A stretch of 64,000 nt of DNA from contig JBFMEB010000009.1 in NCBI GenBank assembly GCA_040753675.1, forward strand, positions 3,407-67,406, read 5' to 3'. Each line of letters opens with the position of its first letter. Position 1 is the first letter of the stretch. Positions 51,551-59,405 of the stretch are shown one piece after another. This DNA is from Candidatus Omnitrophota bacterium (GTDB taxonomy: Bacteria; Omnitrophota; Gorgyraeia; JAHJTE01). The notes under the pieces were generated by a model. That model made no database searches. It saw nothing but the letters and a program-made list of their open reading frames with translations, and was not told the origin of the DNA. The position numbers were made by a program, and so were the translations under genes.

Positions 51551-51612
51551 ATGATTACATCTGTGTTTATCTGTCGCATTTGAATCTGTGTTCATCTGTG
51601 GGAGAACTTAGT
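51551..51612. repeat. Word-repeat array: (c/t)atctgt(g/c) x4 at about 10-nt spacing
   Basis: catctgtg, tatctgtc, aatctgtg, catctgtg between the giant-ORF stop and the PilZ-ROK start. Confidence 0.6.
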
Positions 51613-51614
51613 TA

Positions 51615-52925
51615 ATGTATAGTAACTCAATGATTAACAACGAGAAAAGAAAGTTCCAGCGCATAAGCGAGACGCTGCCGGTGCGGTTTAGATTCTCGGA
51701 TAGGCAGGGCTCTGTCTGGTATGATGCAAAGACCCAAAATATCTCTGAGGGTGGTTTGTTTGTTACCAATAATTTGAGCTTAGATGAGATTGGCGATGTT
51801 GTGCATGTTGATTTGAATATTGATAATAGCTTATTGCGAATTATATGTCAGGTTGCTTGGGTAAAGAGAGAAAATGATATAGCAGCTGGCTTTGGTTTAA
51901 AAATAATCCAAATAGAGCAAAAACATAGGCAAATTTTCCTTACCTATATATATAGCAGAGTCAAGCCAAAGAGAATGCCCTGCAAGATAAAATTCTTAAG
52001 GCAGCCCATATCTAAACTGCCAGATAAAGAGCGCAGGTGTTTCCAAATCTTAGATTATATTCGTAGATTTGGTCCGGTTTCAAAGGCAGATATCTGTAAA
52101 GAAATAGATTTAAATGCTGTTAGCGTTGGCAAGTTTATTGAAGACTTTTTAAGATTAGGAATAGTATTTGACTGCGGCCTTGATTTATCCAGCGGCGGCC
52201 GCAGAGCCCAGCTATTTAGAATTAATAAAGATTTTGGGTTTATTTTAGGCATAGATGTTGATAGAGATAGCGGAAATCTCTATGCTTTAGTTGCTAATAT
52301 GGATTTAGAAATCATTATGGAAGAAACAAAACCCTTTGGGAAACAGGATGATATAAAAAATATTTTAATTAATTTCATCAATGCAATTAAATTTAAGATA
52401 GCTAATAATGGCAATAATATCTTAGGAATTGGAATCGGCCTTGGTGAATCGCACACTGACCATAGATTAGCAGATTATTTATCAGAAGCTGTTGGCCTAC
52501 CTGTTATTATTGAGGAGGGTTTTCACTTAGAGTCTTTTGCGCAGAGTTGGATTACCAGGGCATTGTCGAATAAGAATATACTTTACATACATTCCAAACA
52601 TCACTTAAGTTTAATCTTGCAAGGTGATATCTATAAACCTGAGAGAGAAATTGAGAATAAAGTTGAATTAACTCCAATAGATTTGCAGGATAAGGTATTG
52701 GCTTTATTAGAGTTGCTAGGTCCAGATATAGTTTATATTTCAAAGAAAGCTGAGAAAGAGTCCCCTCTTTTGAAACAGGCGCTTACGGAACGCTTGAAGA
52801 GAACTGATATTAGCGAAACTCAGGGTATTAAAGTGCTTAGCTCAGACGTTGACGAGAAAAATGCTATAGCTCTCGGGGCTATAAGCCTGGTGATGAAGGA
52901 GATATTTGTGGCAATCTGCGGATAG
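51615..52925 (+). CDS. PilZ-domain / ROK (NagC/XylR)-family regulator-like fusion protein
   Basis: N-terminus RKFQRISETLPV ... TQNISEGGLFV carries the PilZ RxxxR + DxSxxG motifs. A wHTH (ILDYIRRFGPVSKADICKEIDLNAVSVGKFIEDFLRLGIV) and a ROK-like sugar-kinase fold (ILGIDVD...) follow. The ROK Cys zinc motif is not evident. GGGAGA RBS lies 11 nt upstream of the ATG. Confidence 0.6.
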   Translation: MYSNSMINNEKRKFQRISETLPVRFRFSDRQGSVWYDAKTQNISEGGLFVTNNLSLDEIGDVVHVDLNIDNSLLRIICQVAWVKRENDIAAGFGLKIIQIEQKHRQIFLTYIYSRVKPKRMPCKIKFLRQPISKLPDKERRCFQILDYIRRFGPVSKADICKEIDLNAVSVGKFIEDFLRLGIVFDCGLDLSSGGRRAQLFRINKDFGFILGIDVDRDSGNLYALVANMDLEIIMEETKPFGKQDDIKNILINFINAIKFKIANNGNNILGIGIGLGESHTDHRLADYLSEAVGLPVIIEEGFHLESFAQSWITRALSNKNILYIHSKHHLSLILQGDIYKPEREIENKVELTPIDLQDKVLALLELLGPDIVYISKKAEKESPLLKQALTERLKRTDISETQGIKVLSSDVDEKNAIALGAISLVMKEIFVAICG

Positions 52926-52975
52926 GGCACAGATGATCGCTGATAATTGAACAGATGATCACAGATTGATACATA
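52926..52975. repeat. Word-repeat array, inverted orientation of the same word (cacagatgatc)
   Basis: cacagatgatcgctga...aacagatgatcacagattgat. Together with 51551-51612 it brackets the PilZ-ROK gene as inverted arrays. Confidence 0.55.
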
Positions 52976-52994
52976 GAACGAATTCTTGTATAAT
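52966..52994 (+). promoter_or_regulatory. Sigma70-like promoter for the PilZ gene pair
   Basis: -35 TTGATA (52966-71), 17-nt spacer, TG-extended -10 TGTATAAT (52987-94). About 40 nt upstream of the RBS/ATG at 53034. Confidence 0.4.
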
Positions 52995-53033
52995 GATATT
53001 TAAGATTTAACCTACGATAGCGGGGGATGGATC

Positions 53034-53414
53034 ATGGAAGATAAAAGAAGACATAGCCGTTGGCAGTTGGCAAGTAATCTTTTAGTAAGAGAATCTGGCA
53101 CAGATAGCGAAGGATTCCAGGCAAAAACGAACGATATTAGTATTGGGGGATTATGTTTTCTTTCTCCCAGGATGATTGTCCATCAGACAGAATTAGATTT
53201 TGTTATTGATTTTCCAGATGAGAAAAATTCCATCTTTGCCAAAGGCAAAGTGGTTTGGGAGAAAGAGAAGATCTTGGACGACCAACAACGGGTTATTATG
53301 ACAGGGGTTAGTTTTGATATCCTTCGCGATGCTGATAAGGAAAGAATTTTTAATTATGCCTATAAATTTTGCCGAGAGGATTTGGCAAAAAAATGGTGGC
53401 AGGGGGTGAAATAA
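53034..53414 (+). CDS. PilZ-domain protein (c-di-GMP receptor-like)
   Basis: KRRHSRWQLA and TNDISIGGLCF motifs. GGGGGA RBS. A good sigma70-like promoter lies upstream. Confidence 0.65.
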   Translation: MEDKRRHSRWQLASNLLVRESGTDSEGFQAKTNDISIGGLCFLSPRMIVHQTELDFVIDFPDEKNSIFAKGKVVWEKEKILDDQQRVIMTGVSFDILRDADKERIFNYAYKFCREDLAKKWWQGVK

Positions 53415-53415
53415 A

Positions 53416-53745
53416 ATGCAAGACGAGCGGCGCTTATTTGAGCGGTTGTCAACAAAGTTACCTGCAGTAGTCAGGGCACAGACTGATGGTTCGGTATTCG
53501 AGGCACAAATCCAGGATTTGGCAGCTAAAGGGCTTGGTATAACCAGCAGAGACAGGATTCCTCAAGAAGGCCGGGTGAATTTGAGAATAGAAATTCCTGG
53601 CCAGAAAAATTACCTCAATCTTGTCGGCCAGATTGTCTGGTCAAGAGAGAATTTTCCTGACGGCTGGCGAGCAGGAATTTGGCTAAGGGAACAGTCAACT
53701 GATTTGGTTAGTTTTTCGGTGCTTTTAGATAAGGCTAACCGCTAA
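53416..53745 (+). CDS. PilZ-domain protein
   Basis: ERRLFERLS and IQDLAAKGLGI motifs. The start sits 1 nt after the preceding stop, suggesting translational coupling. Confidence 0.6.
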   Translation: MQDERRLFERLSTKLPAVVRAQTDGSVFEAQIQDLAAKGLGITSRDRIPQEGRVNLRIEIPGQKNYLNLVGQIVWSRENFPDGWRAGIWLREQSTDLVSFSVLLDKANR

Positions 53746-53749
53746 AACG

Positions 53750-53800
53750 CAAAATCACTAATCGCAAAAACGCAAAATTATTATCTTTGCGGTTGCAAAA
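53750..53800. repeat. Word-repeat array (acgcaaaat / ttgcgg, direct + inverted)
   Basis: aacgcaaaatcactaatcgcaaaaacgcaaaattattatctttgcggttgcaaaag. Confidence 0.45.
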
Positions 53801-53804
53801 GTGC

Positions 53805-53833
53805 TTGACCCGCCTAAAGATTTATGGTAAATT
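53805..53833 (+). promoter_or_regulatory. Candidate promoter upstream of the GH94 gene
   Basis: -35 TTGACC (53805-10), 17-nt spacer, TGgTAAATT extended -10. Confidence 0.3.
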
Positions 53834-53892
53834 TTTTCTTTGCATCTCGTAATAGATAATCAATCTTAAAAGAAAATACCAAAATATTTTAA

Positions 53893-53935
53893 ATTATTTA
53901 TCAGTGATCATCTGTTCAGTTATCTGTGATCATCT
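53893..53935. repeat. Word-repeat array (atcatctgt x2) upstream of GH94
   Basis: tcagtgatcatctgttcagttatctgtgatcatctgtg. Confidence 0.5.
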
Positions 53936-53965
53936 GTGCTAAAAAGAAAGGAGCAAGTTAAAAAT

Positions 53966-56407
53966 ATGAAGTACGGCCACTTTAGTAAAGACAACACAGA
54001 GTTTATCATCACTGACCCGCTAACACCCCGTCCCTGGATTAATTATTTGACTAACGAAGAATATGGTTCAGTTATTTCTCACTGCGCCGGCGGATATAGT
54101 TTTTTTAAAGACTGCCGCTCTGACAGAGTCCTACGCTGGCTTCCGGAAAATTGGCAAACAGACAGGCCAGGGCGATATATTTATGTTAAGCAGAAAGCAG
54201 AAAGCAGAAAGCAGAAAGCAAAAGTTTGGTCCTTGACTTACCAGCCGGTGAGAGAAAAATTAGATTTTTATGAAGCAAGGCATGGATTAGGTTATACACA
54301 AATCAAAACAAAATATAACGGGACTTCTTCCGATATTACTTATTTTGTCCCTGTCCATGACCATTGTGAAATCTGGTTAGTAAATATCAAAAACGAAACT
54401 AAGCAAACCAAACATTTAGAACTCTTTCCTTATTGCGAATGGCTTTTAGGAGATTATCATTTGGAACTACGCTATCGCAATATTCTGAATTTATATAATC
54501 GTGTCTGGTTTGATAAGCAGCACTCTGCGATTTTTGCCAAAAAGACGGCTAGTTGGGGAGATATGGACATCCAGCCATTTGCCTATCTGGCATTTTTTGC
54601 TTCATCATTAAAAGTAGACGGCTATGTAACTCAAAAATATCCTTTCTTAGGCAGGCATAATACCTGTGAACGTCCGCAAATGATATTCGAAGATAATTTT
54701 AAAAATATTGATTTCTGTTCCGGAGAAGATGCAATAGGTTGCTTTAGGCATAAACTCACTTTAGCCCCCGGAAAAAATAAAGAATTTGTAATCATCTTAG
54801 GTCAGACCGAGGGCCAAACCACTGTTTCAAAATTGCTTACTAAATACCGCAATTTAAAAAATTCAAAGAAGGAATTAGCAGCGGTAAAATCCTTGTGGCG
54901 GATGAGGATTTTAGATAATATCTGGATACAGACTGCGGATAAAGACTTTGATTTTATGATGAATATCTGGGTTAAGTATCAGCTTTATATTTGTAATTTA
55001 TGGAGCCGCTCGCCGAGTTACTACCATGAAGGTAGTGGAGGAAGAGGCTACCGGGATTCTTGCCAGGATTCAGAAAGCCTTTGTTCGATAAATAGCGAGT
55101 TTACCCGTAAGCGCATATTGCATATTGCCTCTTTAATCCGCAAAGACGGCACTTCTGCTCCGGGTTGGGGCGATACTACTGGGCCGGCAGGCCATAGGCC
55201 GAATAAAGACCATCAGATTTGGCTTACCGCAACAGTGCATGCCTACATTAGGGAGACAGGCGATAAATCTATACTTAGCGAATATGTGCCATATTTGAAA
55301 GATAGATGGATTGGCGGATGGGAAGTAGATGTAAATTATAAAGGCGGGGCTACCACCGACGGAGAAGGAACGCTTTTAGAGCACTTAGAAAAGAATTTAA
55401 ATTTCTGCTTTAATGACGTTGGCGAGAGGGGTTTTCCCTTAATTGGCCATGCGGATTGGAATGATGCTATTGATGCAGCAGGCAAAGAGCACAAAGGCGA
55501 TAGCGTCTGGTTGGCGCAGGCTTTGGTAAGAAGTTTGCGGCTTTTTGCCGACATCTGCGAGCTTATCGGTGAGAAAGGCAAAAAAGAAGAGTTCTTGCAT
55601 AAAGCAAAGACAATGAGCGAGCGGATAAACGATGTTGGCTGGGACGGTGCCTGGTATAAGCGGGGCTTTACTGATGATGGCACAGTTTACGGCAGTAAAG
55701 TAAATAATGAAGGAAAAATTTTTATCAATACCCAGGCCTGGGCGCTTTTATCCGGGGTGAGCGATGACGGCGGTAAAACCAAACAGGTTGTTGATTCGAC
55801 AATGAAATATTTAGACGGCAAGCACGGTTTTGCTTTATTCTACCCCGCCTACAGTAAATTTAATCCTAAACTCGGACGTATCAGTATGTTTTCCGAAGGC
55901 ACAAAAGAAAATGCAGCAGTGTTTTGCCACGCTGCAACATTTATGATTGTTGCATTATTATCAGAAGGCTTTGGAAATATTGGCTATCAGTCAATGCGAA
56001 AACTTATGCCAAATTTACAGCAAGATTATGAATTATATAAGACTGAGCCATATGTCTGGTCTGAATATATTGTGGGGCCCCAGCATCCTTACCTATATGG
56101 AGAAGGAGCGTTTACCTGGATTACTGGCACAGCTGGATGGACTTTTATGGCAGCAACTGAGTGGCTGTTAGGCGCGCGCAGAGATTTTGATGGCTTAAGA
56201 ATAGACCCTTGTATTCCCAGTCACTGGAAACATTGCCGTATTAGAAGGCCTTTTCGAGGAGCAATATACGATATTGAGATTGAGAATCCAAGAGGAAAAC
56301 AAAAAGGCGTAAGCGCTGTTTATGTTAACGGCGAGTTGATAGACGGGAATTTAATAAAACCAGGACAAGCTGGAAAGACTTATAAAGTTAGAGTGGTGAT
56401 GGGATGA
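53966..56407 (+). CDS. GH94 glycoside phosphorylase (cellobiose/cellodextrin/beta-1,2-glucan phosphorylase-like)
   Basis: N-terminus KYGHFSKDNTEFIITDPLTPRPWINYL is typical of GH94. GHADWNDAIDAAG carries the catalytic DWND motif. About 810 aa. The ATG at 53966 has an AAAGGAG RBS; the track's GTG at 53936 is an alternative start. An in-frame heptamer tandem lies at 54191-54218. Confidence 0.75.
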   Translation: MKYGHFSKDNTEFIITDPLTPRPWINYLTNEEYGSVISHCAGGYSFFKDCRSDRVLRWLPENWQTDRPGRYIYVKQKAESRKQKAKVWSLTYQPVREKLDFYEARHGLGYTQIKTKYNGTSSDITYFVPVHDHCEIWLVNIKNETKQTKHLELFPYCEWLLGDYHLELRYRNILNLYNRVWFDKQHSAIFAKKTASWGDMDIQPFAYLAFFASSLKVDGYVTQKYPFLGRHNTCERPQMIFEDNFKNIDFCSGEDAIGCFRHKLTLAPGKNKEFVIILGQTEGQTTVSKLLTKYRNLKNSKKELAAVKSLWRMRILDNIWIQTADKDFDFMMNIWVKYQLYICNLWSRSPSYYHEGSGGRGYRDSCQDSESLCSINSEFTRKRILHIASLIRKDGTSAPGWGDTTGPAGHRPNKDHQIWLTATVHAYIRETGDKSILSEYVPYLKDRWIGGWEVDVNYKGGATTDGEGTLLEHLEKNLNFCFNDVGERGFPLIGHADWNDAIDAAGKEHKGDSVWLAQALVRSLRLFADICELIGEKGKKEEFLHKAKTMSERINDVGWDGAWYKRGFTDDGTVYGSKVNNEGKIFINTQAWALLSGVSDDGGKTKQVVDSTMKYLDGKHGFALFYPAYSKFNPKLGRISMFSEGTKENAAVFCHAATFMIVALLSEGFGNIGYQSMRKLMPNLQQDYELYKTEPYVWSEYIVGPQHPYLYGEGAFTWITGTAGWTFMAATEWLLGARRDFDGLRIDPCIPSHWKHCRIRRPFRGAIYDIEIENPRGKQKGVSAVYVNGELIDGNLIKPGQAGKTYKVRVVMG

Positions 56408-56914
56408 CCTTATAGAACTTATCTATAATTAAACCCTAAATTCAAAACTCTAAACTCTAAATAAACTCAAATGTCCAAAACCCCAAATTCAAAACCATAT
56501 GATTTAGGAGCCAGGACCCTTAAATTTGCTAAAAGAGTAAGGGATTATGTAAAAGCTTTACCAAAGACATTGGCTAACATAGAAGATGCTAAGCAGCTTA
56601 TTAAAGCTTCTGGTTCAGTTGGTGCCAATTATATAGAAGCTGAAGAGGCTTTGAGTAAAAAAGATTTTATAATGAGAATAAAAATTTCAAGAAAAGAGGC
56701 AAAAGAAAGCAGATACTGGTTAGAATTAACCGAGCACAGAGAAGATCAGAAGAGTGAGCAGGAGGCTTTAATTAATGAAGCGGTAGAATTAACAAAAATT
56801 TTTGGTTCAATAGTTGAACGATCCAAATAATTCTTTTGAGTTTTAGATTTTGCGTTTTGTATTTGTTTAGGATTTAGGTTTAGGATTTAGAGTTTATATT
56901 TAAAAAGAATAGAT
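56408..56914. mobile_element. Inverted-repeat-bounded cassette carrying the four-helix-bundle gene (IVS/MITE-like)
   Basis: The left arm 56415-56470 (aaaccctaaattcaaaactctaaactctaaat...) is nearly the reverse complement of the right arm 56845-56900 (...atttaggtttaggatttagagttta). A miniature ORF-less copy lies at 60297-60480. Confidence 0.5.
56471..56830 (+). CDS. Four-helix-bundle protein (23S rRNA intervening-sequence protein family, TIGR02436/PF05635-like)
   Basis: DLGARTLKFAKRVRDYVKALPKT ... GSVGANYIEAEEALSKKDFIMRIKISRKEAKESRYWLELT matches the family pattern (..IGANIAEG...S.KDF..KL.IA.KEA.ET.YWL.L). Flanked by long inverted repeats. Confidence 0.7.
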   Translation: MSKTPNSKPYDLGARTLKFAKRVRDYVKALPKTLANIEDAKQLIKASGSVGANYIEAEEALSKKDFIMRIKISRKEAKESRYWLELTEHREDQKSEQEALINEAVELTKIFGSIVERSK

Positions 56915-58210
56915 ATGAAGAGATTGTCTACATTGTTTATTATTGTTTGTTTTTCATTGAGTCTTATTGGCTGTGTTGCAGAAGATAGTGCTTCAGCCAA
57001 AAAAACCATAACCGTTTGGCATTGGATGACTGACCGGGAGGCGGCCTTTCAAGAATTAGCTAAACGCTACGAAGATGATACCGGCATAAAGGTTAATTTT
57101 GAACTCTATGCCCCTTCTGATATCTATAGCCAAAAGGTGCGCGCTGCTGCTCAAGGGATAACCTTGCCAGATATATATGGGCTTCTGGGCGAAAAGAGAG
57201 ATTTTGCCGCATTTATAAAAAGTGGCCACGTAGCAGATTTAAGTGAGCCAATGTTTGAGGAAAATGGCGCTTGGAAAGAAAGTTTCTTTTCTAAAGCTCT
57301 CGAGGTGGTGGAATTCAAGGAGAATAATGCCTATGGCATAAAGCCAGGCATCTATGGTGCTCCCATTGATATAATGAACATCCAGATGCTTTACAATAAA
57401 AAATTATTTAAAAGGGGAGGCCTTGACCCAGAGAGGCCACCCTTAAACTGGAAGGAATTTATTGAGGATATCGAAAGCCTAAAAAAAGTGGGCGCGCCGG
57501 GTTTGGTTTCAGGGTGGGGAGAGATTTGGATGATTGATTGCTTTGCCTCCAATTATGCATTTAATATTATGGGGGAAGATAAGGTTATCGCTACTTTAAA
57601 AGGAGAGGTACCTTATACGGATCCGGATTGGATTAAGGTCTTTTCATTATTTAAAGAACTGGCAGATAAAGATGCCTTAGCATCCGGCGTTGTGATAATG
57701 AAAAACAAAGTCGCTGAGCAGACTTTTGCTAATGAAAGAGCGGCATTTGCATTTAATGGTTCATGGTGTATTAATGTTTATGAGGGGATGAATCCTAATT
57801 TAGAGTATGCTCCATTTTTACCGCCAAAAGTAAATATGAAAAAACCTATGTATATTTGGGGAGGAGGCTCTTCATTCTCATTTCTGGTAAATGATAGATC
57901 TACTAAGAAATTAGAGGCAATAAAGTTTTTAAAGTGGTTAACCGATAAAGACCAACAGGCATATTTATCGAATGAAACTAAGAACTTACCTTCCAACAAA
58001 TTTGCGCTTGCCCAAATACCTAAGATTTTGGCTCAGTTTGCAGCGGGTATGGATAACACTACTCATCCTAGCATTTGGCCAGTGAGTGAGTCTTCGATTG
58101 TGATTGAGGCAATGGGTAAAGGCATTCAGTCAATATTGATTGGAGAAAAGACTCCTCAAGAGTTAGGAGAAGAATTGCAGGCTTTAAAAGAGAAAGAGTT
58201 ATTTAAGTAG
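56915..58210 (+). CDS. ABC transporter extracellular sugar-binding lipoprotein (family 1 SBP)
   Basis: Signal peptide with lipobox LIGC. The body is SBP-like (TITVWHWMTDREAAFQELAKRYEDDTGIKVNFE...). Confidence 0.7.
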   Translation: MKRLSTLFIIVCFSLSLIGCVAEDSASAKKTITVWHWMTDREAAFQELAKRYEDDTGIKVNFELYAPSDIYSQKVRAAAQGITLPDIYGLLGEKRDFAAFIKSGHVADLSEPMFEENGAWKESFFSKALEVVEFKENNAYGIKPGIYGAPIDIMNIQMLYNKKLFKRGGLDPERPPLNWKEFIEDIESLKKVGAPGLVSGWGEIWMIDCFASNYAFNIMGEDKVIATLKGEVPYTDPDWIKVFSLFKELADKDALASGVVIMKNKVAEQTFANERAAFAFNGSWCINVYEGMNPNLEYAPFLPPKVNMKKPMYIWGGGSSFSFLVNDRSTKKLEAIKFLKWLTDKDQQAYLSNETKNLPSNKFALAQIPKILAQFAAGMDNTTHPSIWPVSESSIVIEAMGKGIQSILIGEKTPQELGEELQALKEKELFK

Positions 58211-58227
58211 TTTCTAGTTAGTTCTGA

Positions 58228-58345
58228 AAAAATATTTTTTAACGCAGATATACGCAAATCTAACGCAGATTTTCGCAGATTTCTCTACTAAATATCTGCG
58301 ACCATTTGCGTTACATCGGCGAGAATCTGCGTTCAAGAAAAGGTT
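58228..58345. repeat. Imperfect palindromic word array (cgcagat x4 then atctgcg / tttgcgtta)
   Basis: taacgcagatatacgcaaatctaacgcagattttcgcagatttc ... atatctgcgaccatttgcgttacatcggcgagaatctgcgtt, between the SBP gene and the first permease. Confidence 0.55.
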
Positions 58346-58373
58346 TTTTAGAAATCTCTTCTAAATTAGACGC

Positions 58374-59405
58374 TTGATGATATTTAAAAATATCTATGTA
58401 AAATCAATCATAGTTACCTCCTGTATCATTTTAGCAGAATTAATTTATCAAAAATTCCACAACCTCAGATTCATATCTCCTCTGTTAATATTATTGGCAG
58501 TCTTGATTTCTATTATCCTCGTCATTAAAATTATTTCAGCAAGACAATTCAAAAGTTTTCTTTTTATAGTTCCTGCCTTAGCAATTTTTTCAATATTTTA
58601 TATTTATCCTTTTATAAAAGTTTTACAACTGGCTCACTACAGCTGGGATGGAATATTACCTACAATGAAATTCGTGGCCTTTTATAACTTTTTAGAGGTC
58701 TTAAAAGATAAAGTCTGGTGGCAGTCGATGTTCAACGCCGGTTACATTACCTTTATCGCATTGACCTTCCAGAATGCCCTGGCTTTGATTTTGGCATTAG
58801 CCTGCGATAGGCAAATGAAGGCAGGGAATTTCTACCGCGTTATATTTTTTATACCTCCGGTATTGTCAGAGGTCGTGGTGGGTCTGGTATGGCAGTGGCT
58901 GTACAACGCAGATTACGGTCTGTTAAACCACTGGCTTTACACAATAGGTTTCCCTAATCTTGCCAGGTCTTGGCTGTCTGATCCAAAGACCGCTCTTACC
59001 TGCGTGGCTATCGTGCATTCCTGGAAAGGTTTTGGCTGGGGATTTGTAATTCTCTTGGCTGGATTACAAACTATACCCCGCCAGCTTTATGAAGCTGCAC
59101 GTGTTGACGGAGCGAATACTTGGCAGGTATTTAAAAATATTACCGCGCCTTTGATGATACCCGTATTCGTGCTGGTGGCGATACTGACAGTGCTAGGTTC
59201 TATGCAGTCGTTTGTTTTAATACTTACTATGACAGACGGCGGGCCGGCATTTCATACCGAGGTGCCGGTAACCAGAATTCTAACTTCTATGATCGGCTCT
59301 TCTAGATTTGGGTATGCTTGTTCACAGAGTATAGTATTCGGTGCAATCCTCCTTGCGATTTCCTTTATACAGAAGAGGCTCTCCCAAAATATGAGGCAGG
59401 CATAA
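58374..59405 (+). CDS. Carbohydrate ABC transporter permease (MalF/UgpA-like)
   Basis: Six TM helices. EAA loop YEAARVDGANTWQVFKNITAPLM. Confidence 0.7.
   Translation: MMIFKNIYVKSIIVTSCIILAELIYQKFHNLRFISPLLILLAVLISIILVIKIISARQFKSFLFIVPALAIFSIFYIYPFIKVLQLAHYSWDGILPTMKFVAFYNFLEVLKDKVWWQSMFNAGYITFIALTFQNALALILALACDRQMKAGNFYRVIFFIPPVLSEVVVGLVWQWLYNADYGLLNHWLYTIGFPNLARSWLSDPKTALTCVAIVHSWKGFGWGFVILLAGLQTIPRQLYEAARVDGANTWQVFKNITAPLMIPVFVLVAILTVLGSMQSFVLILTMTDGGPAFHTEVPVTRILTSMIGSSRFGYACSQSIVFGAILLAISFIQKRLSQNMRQA

Noticed and set aside
2-51550. Stop-codon reassignment (e.g. code 4 or 25) as the explanation for the giant open frame
   Set aside because: Reassignment would leave apparent stops in a standard translation, not remove them. 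The downstream genes terminate normally with TAA/TGA/TAG, and all three stops are absent from the frame.
2-51550. Assembly chimera as the explanation
   Set aside because: Random mis-joins would not preserve one frame for 51 kb across more than 20 module boundaries. It still deserves a read-level check, which I cannot do here.
367-51579. About 60 short minus-strand ORFs (60-178 aa) from the six-frame track, lying inside the giant ORF
   Set aside because: All are antisense to a continuous plus-strand frame that carries recognisable protein motifs. None has a recognisable motif of its own, and they are typical of AT-rich antisense noise.
53746-53800. Rho-independent terminator after the PilZ pair
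   Set aside because: Only a weak 6-bp AT-rich stem (cgcaaa/tttgcg) with no following T-tract. This looks more like part of the word-repeat array.
53936-53965. GTG start for GH94 at 53936
   Set aside because: The ATG at 53966 is preceded by an AAAGGAG RBS and matches the usual GH94 N-terminus (MKYG...). The GTG start falls within the repeat array and is kept only as an alternative.
59318-59404. Track start of the second permease ORF at 59318 (MFTEYSIRC...)
   Set aside because: This N-terminal extension overlaps the 3' end of the previous permease in another frame and lacks an RBS. The ATG at 59405, overlapping the upstream stop (TAATG), gives a typical MalG-like N-terminus.
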